Positions 19,569 to 28,575 of a stretch of 64,000 nucleotides of DNA are shown here, piece by piece. Source of the stretch: Acetobacteraceae bacterium (GTDB lineage: Bacteria; Pseudomonadota; Alphaproteobacteria; Acetobacterales; Acetobacteraceae); the NCBI GenBank assembly GCA_965199595.1, contig OZ241182.1, positions 2,042,590 through 2,106,589 on the forward strand, written 5' to 3'. The notes beneath the pieces were generated by a model. The model saw nothing but the letters and a program-made list of their open reading frames with translations. It made no database searches and was not told the DNA's origin. A program made the translations under genes and the position numbers. Position 1 is the stretch's first letter, and each line of letters begins with the position of its first letter.

Positions 19569-20531
19569 ATGACATCCACCTCCACCCCAGCCGCCCCCGG
19601 CGGCGAGCGGGCGGCGATCTCCGTCCAGGGCCTCACCAAGGTCTATGCGTCCGGCTTCAAGGCGCTCGATGGCATCGACCTCGACATTCGGCCGGGCGAG
19701 ATCTTCGCACTCCTCGGCCCGAATGGGGCCGGCAAGACGACGCTGATCAGCATCATCTGCGGCATCGTCACCGCCAGCAGCGGCACGGTCCTGGCTGATG
19801 GGCACGACATCGTCCGCCACTACAAGGCCGCCCGGCGGTCGATCGGCCTGGTGCCGCAGGAGCTGAGCACCGACGCCTTCGAGACCGTCCAGGCCACCGT
19901 CCGCTTCAGCCGCGGGCTGTTCGGCAAGGCGGCCAACCCGGCCATCATCGAGAAGATCCTGCGCGACCTGTCACTATGGGACAAGCGGGACAGCAAGATC
20001 ATCACGCTGTCCGGCGGCATGAAGCGTCGGGTGATGATCGCCAAGGCGCTGTCGCACGAGCCGCGCATCCTGTTCCTGGATGAGCCGACGGCCGGCGTGG
20101 ATGTCGAACTGCGGCGTGACATGTGGGCGATGGTGCGGAGCCTGCGGGACAGCGGCGTGACGATCATCCTCACCACACACTACATCGAGGAGGCGGAGGA
20201 GATGGCGGACCGGGTCGGCGTCATCAGCAAGGGCCGGCTGATCCTGGTAGAGGACAAGGCGGCATTGATGCGCAAGCTTGGCAAGAGCCAGCTGACGCTC
20301 GCGGTGCAGCCGAAACTTGACCAGCTTCCCCCCGAGCTGGACGCCGGGCCGCTCGCGCTGTCTGACGACGGCACCACCCTGATCTATACCTACGACGCGA
20401 AGGGGGACGACACCGGGATCGCCGCCCTGATGCGACAGCTCGATAGGCTCGGCATCGGCGTCACCGGGCTCCAGACCCGGCAAAGCTCGCTCGAGGACAT
20501 CTTCGTCAGCCTGGTGCACAATACGCCATGA
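19569..20531 (+). CDS. ABC-2-type exporter ATP-binding protein (YadG-like)
   Basis: [31 protein letters not shown] 19569 ([10 protein letters not shown]) is preferred over ORF-track 19494. Confidence 0.9.
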   Translation: MTSTSTPAAPGGERAAISVQGLTKVYASGFKALDGIDLDIRPGEIFALLGPNGAGKTTLISIICGIVTASSGTVLADGHDIVRHYKAARRSIGLVPQELSTDAFETVQATVRFSRGLFGKAANPAIIEKILRDLSLWDKRDSKIITLSGGMKRRVMIAKALSHEPRILFLDEPTAGVDVELRRDMWAMVRSLRDSGVTIILTTHYIEEAEEMADRVGVISKGRLILVEDKAALMRKLGKSQLTLAVQPKLDQLPPELDAGPLALSDDGTTLIYTYDAKGDDTGIAALMRQLDRLGIGVTGLQTRQSSLEDIFVSLVHNTP

Positions 20532-21289
20532 ACCTCTACGCAGTGCGCGCAATCTACATGTTCGAGATGAACCGGATGTTTCGGACGCTGCTGCAGAGCG
20601 TGGTGTCGCCGGTGATCTCCACGGTGCTCTACTTCGTCGTGTTCGGCTCGGCGATGGGCTCGCACATGGGGGAGGTCGGCGGGCAGAGCTATGGCGCCTT
20701 CATCGTGCCGGGCCTGGTCATGCTGTCGCTGCTGACGCAGAGCATCAGCAACGCCTCGTTCGGGATCTACTTCCCCAAGTTCGTCGGCACCATCTATGAA
20801 CTGCTCTCCGCTCCGGTGTCCTCGGCCGAGATCGTGATCGGCTACGTGGGTGCGGCGGCCAGCAAGTCGTTTCTGCTGGGCCTGATCATTCTGGCGACGG
20901 CGCGGCTGTTCGTGCCCTTCGACATCGTGCATCCGGTCTGGATGGTGGCCTTCCTGGTGCTGATCGCCGTCACGTTCAGCCTGTTCGGCTTCATCATCGG
21001 CATCTGGGCCGACAGCTTCGAGAAGCTGAACCTGGTGCCCTTGCTGATCGTGACGCCGCTGACATTCCTGGGTGGCAGCTTCTACGCGATCAGCATGTTG
21101 CCGCGGGCCTGGCAGATCGTCACGATGTTCAACCCGGTCGTGTATCTGATCAGCAGCTTCCGCTGGAGCTTCTTCGGGGTATCGGACATCAGCGTGACCA
21201 CCAGCCTGGGCATGACCTTGATGTTCTTGGCAATGTGCCTTGCTGGCGTTTGGTGGATCTTCAAGACGGGCTACCGGCTGAAGCGTTGA
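20528..21289 (+). CDS. ABC-2-type exporter permease (YadH-like)
   Basis: 253-aa, 6-TM protein with ATGA overlap to the ATPase. Confidence 0.85.
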   Translation: MNLYAVRAIYMFEMNRMFRTLLQSVVSPVISTVLYFVVFGSAMGSHMGEVGGQSYGAFIVPGLVMLSLLTQSISNASFGIYFPKFVGTIYELLSAPVSSAEIVIGYVGAAASKSFLLGLIILATARLFVPFDIVHPVWMVAFLVLIAVTFSLFGFIIGIWADSFEKLNLVPLLIVTPLTFLGGSFYAISMLPRAWQIVTMFNPVVYLISSFRWSFFGVSDISVTTSLGMTLMFLAMCLAGVWWIFKTGYRLKR

Positions 21290-21470
21290 GGCGGGATGCT
21301 CCGGGCACGCGATCCCCGGGGGCACTCGAACTTGCGACATTGGTTCGTGTCCACGAGTGTGCGGCACACTCAGCCGTCACCCGGACCGCCGTTTGCAGGA
21401 ACGGTTCATCCCGGCGAGTGCGGGCAACAGCCAGGCGTTCAAGGCATCGCACTCCGGGCGGAGCCCAGGC

Positions 21471-21626
21471 TCAGAGGGCGGTCCCGCGCAGCACGTCGCG
21501 CGGAGGCCGGGTCAGCGGGCCTTGTTCCTTCCTGACGTCGGGGCCTGGGTTCATGCCGAGATCGATGCCGTTGCACCCGGCGACCGCCAGCAGAACCAGG
21601 ATCAGCATGCCGACGGTCAGCTTCAT
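21471..21626 (-). CDS. Small putative lipoprotein (51 aa)
   Basis: GAGGA SD 6 nt before the ATG. MKLTVGMLILVLLAVAGC carries a lipobox (LAVAGC). It lies 57 nt downstream of the HD gene on the same strand. Confidence 0.45.
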   Translation of the reverse strand: MKLTVGMLILVLLAVAGCNGIDLGMNPGPDVRKEQGPLTRPPRDVLRGTAL

Positions 21627-21683
21627 TCGTTTGTCCTCAAGCAGTGTGGCCCGCGCACCGCAGCCTACGTCATAGCACACGGC

Positions 21684-22358
21684 TCAGACAGGCGCCGGAG
21701 CGACCCCGATCTCCTCCGTCATATCTGCAACGAAGCGCCCCATCCGGTGATGCCGCAGTTTGGCAAGCCGGGCTCCGGCGTCCGTCCGGAATCCCGCGGC
21801 CAGGTGCAGCAGCTTGGTCTGGAAATGATCCAGCGCGAACCGGGCGTCGTCATGCGGGCGGTGCCGGGCCTGCGGGTCTTCGGTATCGTAGAGGGCGCTG
21901 CCCATGCGGCCTGCCGTATAGAAGCAGCGGGCGACGCCCAGGGCGCCCAGCGCGTCCAGCCGGTCGGCATCCTGGAGGATGCGCGCCTCGAGCGTGGTGG
22001 GCGGGATGCCGGCCGAGAAGCTGTGCGCCTCGATGGCATGGGACACGCCCTTGATCCGGGGGGGTGGCCAGCCCAGCGCGGTGAGGACCTCCGTGGCGCG
22101 CAGGGCTGCCAGGCTGGAGGCCTGGGCCCGGCGCGGGGAGTTCTTCTCGACGGCAACGCAGTCGTGCAGCAGACATGCCGCGGCCAGCTGCTCGAGGTCG
22201 CCGCCCTCCTCCGCCCAGATGGACCGGATGTTCGCCCAGACGCGCAGCAGATGCGCCAGGTCGTGCGAGCCGTCGCCGACATCGGGCAGCGCCGGCAGCA
22301 GGCGCGCGGCCAACGTCGCGTGCGGGGCGAAGGCGGCGCTTGGGCAGGAGATGGTCAT
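21684..22358 (-). CDS. HD-domain metal-dependent phosphohydrolase (YedJ-like)
   Basis: H..R / LLHDC / DADRLDALGALG motifs; 224 aa. Confidence 0.8.
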   Translation of the reverse strand: MTISCPSAAFAPHATLAARLLPALPDVGDGSHDLAHLLRVWANIRSIWAEEGGDLEQLAAACLLHDCVAVEKNSPRRAQASSLAALRATEVLTALGWPPPRIKGVSHAIEAHSFSAGIPPTTLEARILQDADRLDALGALGVARCFYTAGRMGSALYDTEDPQARHRPHDDARFALDHFQTKLLHLAAGFRTDAGARLAKLRHHRMGRFVADMTEEIGVAPAPV

Positions 22359-22455
22359 GGGGCGGCGGCTCCTGGCAAGGCATGAACTTGGCTCAACGGT
22401 TCAGAACATAACACGAACATCAGGCGTGTCGAGTGGAATGCCGGCCTGCTCGCAG

Positions 22456-23877
22456 TCAGGCGACGTAGTAGCGCAGCACCACCATGGCCGGGACCACGAC
22501 AACGCCGATGCAGGCCAAGGCCGCGATCGGCAAGGTGAGCGCGAGCCGAAGGCGGCAGTTGGCCGTACCGCTTGTCGCGCAAGCCGGGGTCGCCAAGGCC
22601 GCGATGGCAAGGATCGGGATGAAATAGCGCCCTTGCGTGCCCTCGATCACGGGCGAACCCACGGTCGTCCAGGAGAGGTATTGCAGGATCAGCACCGCCC
22701 ACACGGCGGCGCCGGCGCCGCACAGCACCGCAAGGCTGGCCAGCGCCGTGGAGAACGCTGCATGTGGCCGGGCCGGTCGGTGGGGCAGCAACACCGCTGT
22801 CGCGGCCAGCGCCCCGGCGATCACCCAGGCCGCATACAGCCATCGGGGCATGAACAGGTCCAGCGAAGCCAGGATGCCGATCGTGGACAGCGCGAAGTCG
22901 ATCTTGTGGGTGGCGAGGGTGCTCCATGGCAGCGTGACCAGCCGGGCCGGGTCCGCGAGCAGCACGCGGAGCTGAGCCGCCATGTCGGTGGCGTGCAGGA
23001 GGAGGGTGGGGTCGCCGGGCCAGAGGGGGCCGGGCGTGTAGGCCGGGCGCCAGAACGGCACGACGGCGACGGCGGCGGCGAGGGCGGACCAGGCGAGCGC
23101 GGGCACGCAGGCCAGCGCAAAGCCGGCCGCATGGCGCAGCCGCCACGCCCCGCCATCCAGCGGCACCAGCGCCGCCAGGGTCAGCGGCAGATAGGCCGGC
23201 TTCGCAAGGGCAACGGCCGCCAGGGCCGCGACGCCGCCCCAGTAGAAGCGGCCGCCCCGCGGCAGCATGGCGGCGGCCAGCACGGCGGCGGCGATCAGCA
23301 GTCCGTCCTGGTTCACCGCGGCATCGAGCTGCACCGACATCGGCAGCAGCAGCAGCGCGAACAGGAACGGCCTGGTGCGGCCCGCGAGCCGCAGGGCCCA
23401 GGCCCCGACCAGAATGCAGGCCAGCGCGTTCATCAGCCTGGCAACGAACACCGCCGCCGCCGGCGGCCCGGCTATGCCGCCGAGCGCAAGGCCGATCGCG
23501 GCGGGACCATAGAACAACGGCGCATAGCTCGCGGTGTTGGATGCATCCACCTCGCCGGTCTCCCCGCTCCAGGGTGCGCCGTAGGTGCGGCGGAGCGTGG
23601 CACGCTCGATCAGCTTGTTCGGAGCCTGCTGCATGGAGGGGAGGTGAAACAGCGGGGCGAGGTAGCCCCGATTGATGGTCACGACCCCGAGGCGGACCGG
23701 CGTATGGTCGATCGGGTGCAGCTCGTCGATGCGGTGCCCGATCAGCTCGCCCCGCAGCAGCGACGCGGCGCGGGCGATATGTGCGGCTTCGTCCGGCGGT
23801 TCGCCCAGCGGCATCAGCAGGACGAGCAGCAGCACGAGGGGCAGGGCGGTGAACAGATACAGACGGGACCAGGACAT
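22456..23877 (-). CDS. DUF2142-family polytopic membrane protein (predicted GT-C-like glycosyltransferase)
   Basis: 473 aa with many TM segments. PDEAAHIARAASL and SYAPLFYGPAA motifs are characteristic of DUF2142 as I recall it. Confidence 0.7.
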   Translation of the reverse strand: MSWSRLYLFTALPLVLLLVLLMPLGEPPDEAAHIARAASLLRGELIGHRIDELHPIDHTPVRLGVVTINRGYLAPLFHLPSMQQAPNKLIERATLRRTYGAPWSGETGEVDASNTASYAPLFYGPAAIGLALGGIAGPPAAAVFVARLMNALACILVGAWALRLAGRTRPFLFALLLLPMSVQLDAAVNQDGLLIAAAVLAAAMLPRGGRFYWGGVAALAAVALAKPAYLPLTLAALVPLDGGAWRLRHAAGFALACVPALAWSALAAAVAVVPFWRPAYTPGPLWPGDPTLLLHATDMAAQLRVLLADPARLVTLPWSTLATHKIDFALSTIGILASLDLFMPRWLYAAWVIAGALAATAVLLPHRPARPHAAFSTALASLAVLCGAGAAVWAVLILQYLSWTTVGSPVIEGTQGRYFIPILAIAALATPACATSGTANCRLRLALTLPIAALACIGVVVVPAMVVLRYYVA

Positions 23878-23919
23878 GGCTGGGACGTAGCACTTCCGGC
23901 CGCATCCGGGGCTGGTTCG

Positions 23920-24440
23920 CTAGTCGAGCAGATCCGGCTCCCCGCGCACGATCCGGTCCCAGAGCGGCAGGAGGCCAAGCCAGGCGCCGACCTCGGCGCG
24001 GGCGCGGGACGCGGTGTCCTTCATCGGCGCGGCGGGGATGATGGGCTGCCCGGCGGCGAGGGCCGTGAGCTGGCCATGGGCGGTGGTGGGGTCCAGCACG
24101 CGGCCGAAGGCGGACCAGACCTTGGCGTGGAAGGCGTGGGCGATGCCGACAATGCCGGGCCGGGCGCGCTGGAAGGCGTCGTGGTAGGGAACGCCGGTGA
24201 TATTGATCATGCCCTCGCCCTCGACGATCTCGCCGGAGGGAGCGACGAGCACCAGGTCCGAGGCGCGGATAGCGGCGAAGGACATGCCGAGCGGGTTGTA
24301 TCAGAAGCGCTCGGTCAGGATCGGGTCGCGCGCCGTGAAGTGCCCGGCCAACCCGACCTCGAACCCATGCCGGGAGAACAGGCGGAACGCGGCGGCCCGG
24401 CGCTGGCGACGATGCAGGCGCTCGGCCGCCGGGGGCAGCG
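23920..24440 (-). pseudogene. Class II aldolase/adducin-family gene with an in-frame TGA (24301-24303) and a replaced N-terminus
   Basis: RRAAAFRLFSRHGFEVGLAGHFTARDPILTERF-TGA-YNPLGMSFAAIRASDLVLVAPSGEIVEG...ARPGIVGIAHAFHAKVWSAFGRVLDP reads through the stop in the same frame. Confidence 0.55.
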
Positions 24441-24729
24441 GCGCCGGCAGCTCGTCGTAGGTGGTGTTGGCGGTGGCGGTGAGGCCGATTCGGCTGGTGA
24501 TGACGGCGAGGGCGGGCAGCAGGGTCAGCGGATCCCAGCGCTTGGCCTGCGGGTCGCGGGCGAGCAGCGCCGGGTTTGGCTCACGGATGCCCACGCTGTC
24601 GTTCATGAACAGGGTGTCGAAGCAGCCGGCCTCCAGCTTCTGGCCAGGCGGGCGTAGAAGGCGAAGCTGCCGAGCTGTCCGGTGTCCACTTCCGGCAGGA
24701 AGGCGCCGAGGTGGAGAGGTTTCGTCAAG
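24441..24729 (-). pseudogene. N-terminal ~90-aa fragment of an NtaA/DmoA-type LLM FMN-dependent monooxygenase, frameshifted and fused to the aldolase remnant
   Basis: [29 protein letters not shown], then after a frameshift LEAGCFDTLFMNDSVGI...DPLTLLPALAVITSRIGLTATANTTYDE. The remaining ~350 aa of the family are absent. Confidence 0.5.
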
Positions 24730-25714
24730 CGCCGTCGTGGCGGAGGTGGCAGGCGACGGCGTGGCCGTTGGCGCCGGCGACCAGGGCCGGGACGTCCACG
24801 GAACAGCGCGGCACCGCGATGGGGCAGCGGGTGTGGAAGTGGCAGCCCGGCGGTGGGTTGATGGGGTTCGGCACGTCCCCCTTCAGCGCCACGCGCCGGC
24901 GTTTGGCCCGGGGATCCGGGATCGGCACGGCGGAGAGCAGCGCCTCGGTATAGGGATGGCGCGGGTTGTCGTAGAGGTCCCGCGCGGTGGCGATCTCGAC
25001 CACCCGGCCGAGATACATGACGCCGACGCGGTCGCTGATGTGCTCCACGACGGAGAGGTCGTGGGCGATGAACAGATAGGCGAGGCCGAGCTGCTCCTGC
25101 AGGTCCTCCAGCAGGTTGATCACCTGGGCCTGGATCGAGACATCAAGGGCGGAGACGGGTTCGTCGCAGATGATCAGCCTTGGCTGCACCGCCAGCGCCC
25201 GGGCGATGCCGATGCGCTGGCGCTGGCCGCCGGAGAACTCGTGGGCGAAGCGGCCCAGGTGGTCGGCGCGCAGGCCCACCATCTCCAGCAGGCGCACCAC
25301 CTGGTCGGTCAGGTCCTGCCGGTTCCTGGCCAGACCGTGGATCACCAGCGCCTCGCCGATGATGCCGCGGATGGTGTGGCGTGGGTTCAGCGAGGCGAAG
25401 GGGTCCTGGAAGATGATCTGCATGCGGCGGCGCAGGGCACGGAGGTCTTCGCCCTGCAGCCGGGTCACGTCGCGGCCCTCGAAGTGGATCTCGCCATAAG
25501 TCGGCTCGATCAGGCGCATGATGCAGCGGCCGGTGGTGGACTTGCCGCAGCCGGATTCGCCGACCAGGCCCAGGGTCTCGCCGGGCGCGATGTCGAAGCT
25601 GACACCGTCCACCGCGTGCACCTTGTCGATAACGCGGGCGAGGATGCCGCCGCGGATGGCGTAGTGCTTCTTCACGCCGCGGACGGAGAGCAGGGGGGCC
25701 ACGGGCTCAGGCAT
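24725..25714 (-). CDS. Oligopeptide/dipeptide ABC ATP-binding protein (OppF/DppF-like)
   Basis: [18 protein letters not shown]-terminal CHFHTRCP Cys cluster. Confidence 0.9.
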   Translation of the reverse strand: MPEPVAPLLSVRGVKKHYAIRGGILARVIDKVHAVDGVSFDIAPGETLGLVGESGCGKSTTGRCIMRLIEPTYGEIHFEGRDVTRLQGEDLRALRRRMQIIFQDPFASLNPRHTIRGIIGEALVIHGLARNRQDLTDQVVRLLEMVGLRADHLGRFAHEFSGGQRQRIGIARALAVQPRLIICDEPVSALDVSIQAQVINLLEDLQEQLGLAYLFIAHDLSVVEHISDRVGVMYLGRVVEIATARDLYDNPRHPYTEALLSAVPIPDPRAKRRRVALKGDVPNPINPPPGCHFHTRCPIAVPRCSVDVPALVAGANGHAVACHLRHDGA

Positions 25715-26681
25715 GGATGCAGGCCGCCTTGTGTTCGGGTGCGACCAGCCGCAGCGCCGGCTCGGCCTCGTGGCAAGCCGGGGTGACGAACTGGCAGCGG
25801 TTCGAGAAGCGGCAACCCGGCGGCAGATCCAGCAGGTTGGGCACGCTGCCGGGGATCTGCTCCAGCCGGGTGCGGCCGGTCGCCTTGGCGTCCACGCGCG
25901 GGATCGAGCGGATCAGCCCCTGGGTGTAGGGGTGGCGGGGGTTGGCGAACAGCTCGTCCACCGAGGCCTCCTCGACCACGACGCCGGCATACATCACCAC
26001 CACGCGCTGCGCGTTCTCCGCCACCACGCCCATCGCATGAGTTATCAGCATGATGGCCATGCCGAAGCGTTCCTTCATGTCCGCGAGCAGTTCGAGGATC
26101 TGCGCCTGGATGGTCACGTCCAGCGCCGTGGTGGGCTCGTCGGCGATCAGCAGCTTCGGCTTGCAGGCCAGCGCCATGGCGATCATCACCCGCTGGCGCA
26201 TGCCGCCGGAGAACTGGTGCGGGTAGTCGCGGACCCGGCGCTCCGGCGTGGGGATCTGCACCAGGCGCAGCATCTCCACCGCCGCGTCCATGGCGTCGCG
26301 GCGGGACAGGTCCTCATGCGCGCGCAGCGCCTCGGTGATCTGCGCGCCCACGGTATAGACCGGGTTCAGCGAGGTCATGGGTTCCTGGAACACCATGCCG
26401 ATCTCGCGGGCGCGGATGCGGTCCATCTCGCGGGCGCCAAGCGGGACCAGGTCGCGGCCCAGCCAACGGATCTCGCCCGCGGCGAAGCGGCCCGGCGGCA
26501 TGTCGATCAGCTTGAGGATGCTGCGCGCCGTCACCGTCTTGCCGGACCCGGATTCACCCACCACCGCGAGGGTCTCGCCCTGGTTGATGGTCAGGCTCAC
26601 GCCATCCACGGCGCGGATCGTGCCGTCATCCGTGTTGAACCACGTCTTCAGGCCGCGGATGTCGAGGAGGGGTTCCTCCAT
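25707..26681 (-). CDS. Oligopeptide/dipeptide ABC ATP-binding protein (OppD/DppD-like)
   Basis: [17 protein letters not shown]-terminal GCRFSNRC motif. Confidence 0.9.
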   Translation of the reverse strand: MEEPLLDIRGLKTWFNTDDGTIRAVDGVSLTINQGETLAVVGESGSGKTVTARSILKLIDMPPGRFAAGEIRWLGRDLVPLGAREMDRIRAREIGMVFQEPMTSLNPVYTVGAQITEALRAHEDLSRRDAMDAAVEMLRLVQIPTPERRVRDYPHQFSGGMRQRVMIAMALACKPKLLIADEPTTALDVTIQAQILELLADMKERFGMAIMLITHAMGVVAENAQRVVVMYAGVVVEEASVDELFANPRHPYTQGLIRSIPRVDAKATGRTRLEQIPGSVPNLLDLPPGCRFSNRCQFVTPACHEAEPALRLVAPEHKAACIHA

Positions 26682-27653
26682 CTAGACCACACGCCGCGCG
26701 TCGAAGGCGTCGCGCAGGCCGTCGCCGATGAAGTTGATGGACAGCACGGTGAGGAAGATGGCGCCGCCGGGGAACAGCGCCCAGTGCGGGGCGGAATCCA
26801 GCTGGTCCTTGGCGCTGAACAGGATGCGGCCCCAGGTGGGGATGTCGGGCGGGAAGCCCAGCCCAAGGAAGGACAGGGTGCTTTCCGCGATGATCGCGGT
26901 GGCGACCTCCACCGTGCCGGCGACGATCACCGGGCCCATGGCGTTCGGCAGGATATGCCGCACCACGAGGCGCAGGCGGGAGGCGCCGAGGGCGCGGGCG
27001 GCCTCGACGAACTCCTTTTCCCGCAGGGAGAGGAACTGGGCGCGGACCAGCCGGGCCACGGGCATCCAGCGCAGGCCGCCGATGATCAGCACGATCAGCA
27101 CGAACAACCCGGCCTCCAGCCCCATCGCCTGGGTCAGCGCATTGCGGAACAGGTACAGGATCAGCAGCAGCAGCGGCAGCTGGGGCAGGGAGAGGAACAG
27201 GTCCGTGAGCCACATCATGGTCGCGTCGAGCCGCCCGCTCGCCATGCCGGAAATGGCGCCGACCAGGATGCCGACGACCACGGCCACCACCATGGCGGCG
27301 ACGCCCACGGCCAGGGAGATGCGGCCGCCATAGATCATGCGGGCCAGCAGGTCCTGGCCCAGGTCGTCGGTGCCGAAGGGGTGTTCCAGCGAGGGCCGGG
27401 CCAACTGGGCGGAGAAGTCGATCTCGTCGATCGGCACGCGCCACAGGAATGGGCCGAGCGCGATCGCGAGCACCAGGAAAAGCAGTACGACGAGGCTGAC
27501 CACCGCAAGCCGGTGCCTGCGGAAGCGGCGCCAGGCCTCCTGCGCCGGGGACACGGGCCGGCGCGGCACGGCCAGGATGGGCGGCGCGCCGACGAGCGCC
27601 GGTTCAGCGGAAGGCGATACGGGGATCGAGCCAGCCATACAGGATATCCGCAA
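26682..27653 (-). CDS. Peptide ABC permease (OppC/DppC-like)
   Basis: HPFGTDDLGQDLLARMIYGG motif. The start is uncertain (27653 or 27638) and overlaps the upstream permease. Confidence 0.85.
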   Translation of the reverse strand: MRISCMAGSIPVSPSAEPALVGAPPILAVPRRPVSPAQEAWRRFRRHRLAVVSLVVLLFLVLAIALGPFLWRVPIDEIDFSAQLARPSLEHPFGTDDLGQDLLARMIYGGRISLAVGVAAMVVAVVVGILVGAISGMASGRLDATMMWLTDLFLSLPQLPLLLLILYLFRNALTQAMGLEAGLFVLIVLIIGGLRWMPVARLVRAQFLSLREKEFVEAARALGASRLRLVVRHILPNAMGPVIVAGTVEVATAIIAESTLSFLGLGFPPDIPTWGRILFSAKDQLDSAPHWALFPGGAIFLTVLSINFIGDGLRDAFDARRVV

Positions 27654-28566
27654 TCAGGTTGAAGAGGATGACCAGCCCGGCGAACACGAAGGTCACGCCC
27701 ATCACCACCGGGGTGTCATTGGTGAGGATGGAGTCGATCAGCAGGGAGCCGATGCCGGGGACGCGGAAGATCTGTTCGGTGATGATGGCGCCGCCGAACA
27801 CGACGGGCAGCTGCAGCGCCACCAGCGTCACCACCGGGATCAGCGCGTTGCGGACCACGTGGCGCATCAGCACGCGGCGCTGGCCGATGCCCTTGGAGCG
27901 GGCGGTGGTGACGTAGTCCAGCTTGATCACGTCCATGACGGAGGAGCGGACGAAGCGCACCAGGGAGGCGCCCTGGAACAGGCCCAGCACGGTGATGGGC
28001 ATGATGGACTGGCGGAACTCCTCCCACCACCATTGCAGCCCGCTGGCGCTGAGGTCGGTGCGATACACGAAGGGCAGCCAGTTGAGCTGGATGCTGAACA
28101 CCAGGATCAGCAGGAGCCCGGTGAAGAAGGTGGGCAGCGAGAAGCCGATGAAGGCGATGGTGTTGGCCACCTGGTCGAACAGGGAGTAGGGCCGGGCCGC
28201 CGCCAGCACGCCGACGGGCAGGGCCACGGCGATCGCCAGCAGCTGGGCGGCGCCGATGACCGCGATGGTGACGGGCAGGCGTTGCAGGATGAGCGTGTCG
28301 ACGTTGATGCGGCTGATGAAGGAGAAGCCCCAGTCCCCGCGCACCATGGCGAACAGCCAGTAGAGGTAACGCTGCCAGATCGGGTCGTCGAGACCGTACT
28401 TGGCCCGCAGCGCCGCCGCCACCGAGGCAGGCACGTTCGGGTTGCTGACCAGCTCGCCGAACGGGTCGCCCGGGGCGAGGGCGAGCACGAGATACAGGAT
28501 GAGGCTGATCCCCAGCAGGCTGGGGATCGCCAGCAGCAGCCGGCGGAGCAGGGCGGCGCGCGACAC
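27604..28566 (-). CDS. Peptide ABC permease (OppB/DppB-like)
   Basis: 320 aa with a DppB-type N-terminus (LLRRLLLAIPSLLGISLILY). Confidence 0.9.
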   Translation of the reverse strand: MSRAALLRRLLLAIPSLLGISLILYLVLALAPGDPFGELVSNPNVPASVAAALRAKYGLDDPIWQRYLYWLFAMVRGDWGFSFISRINVDTLILQRLPVTIAVIGAAQLLAIAVALPVGVLAAARPYSLFDQVANTIAFIGFSLPTFFTGLLLILVFSIQLNWLPFVYRTDLSASGLQWWWEEFRQSIMPITVLGLFQGASLVRFVRSSVMDVIKLDYVTTARSKGIGQRRVLMRHVVRNALIPVVTLVALQLPVVFGGAIITEQIFRVPGIGSLLIDSILTNDTPVVMGVTFVFAGLVILFNLIADILYGWLDPRIAFR

Positions 28567-28575
28567 GGCTGTGGC

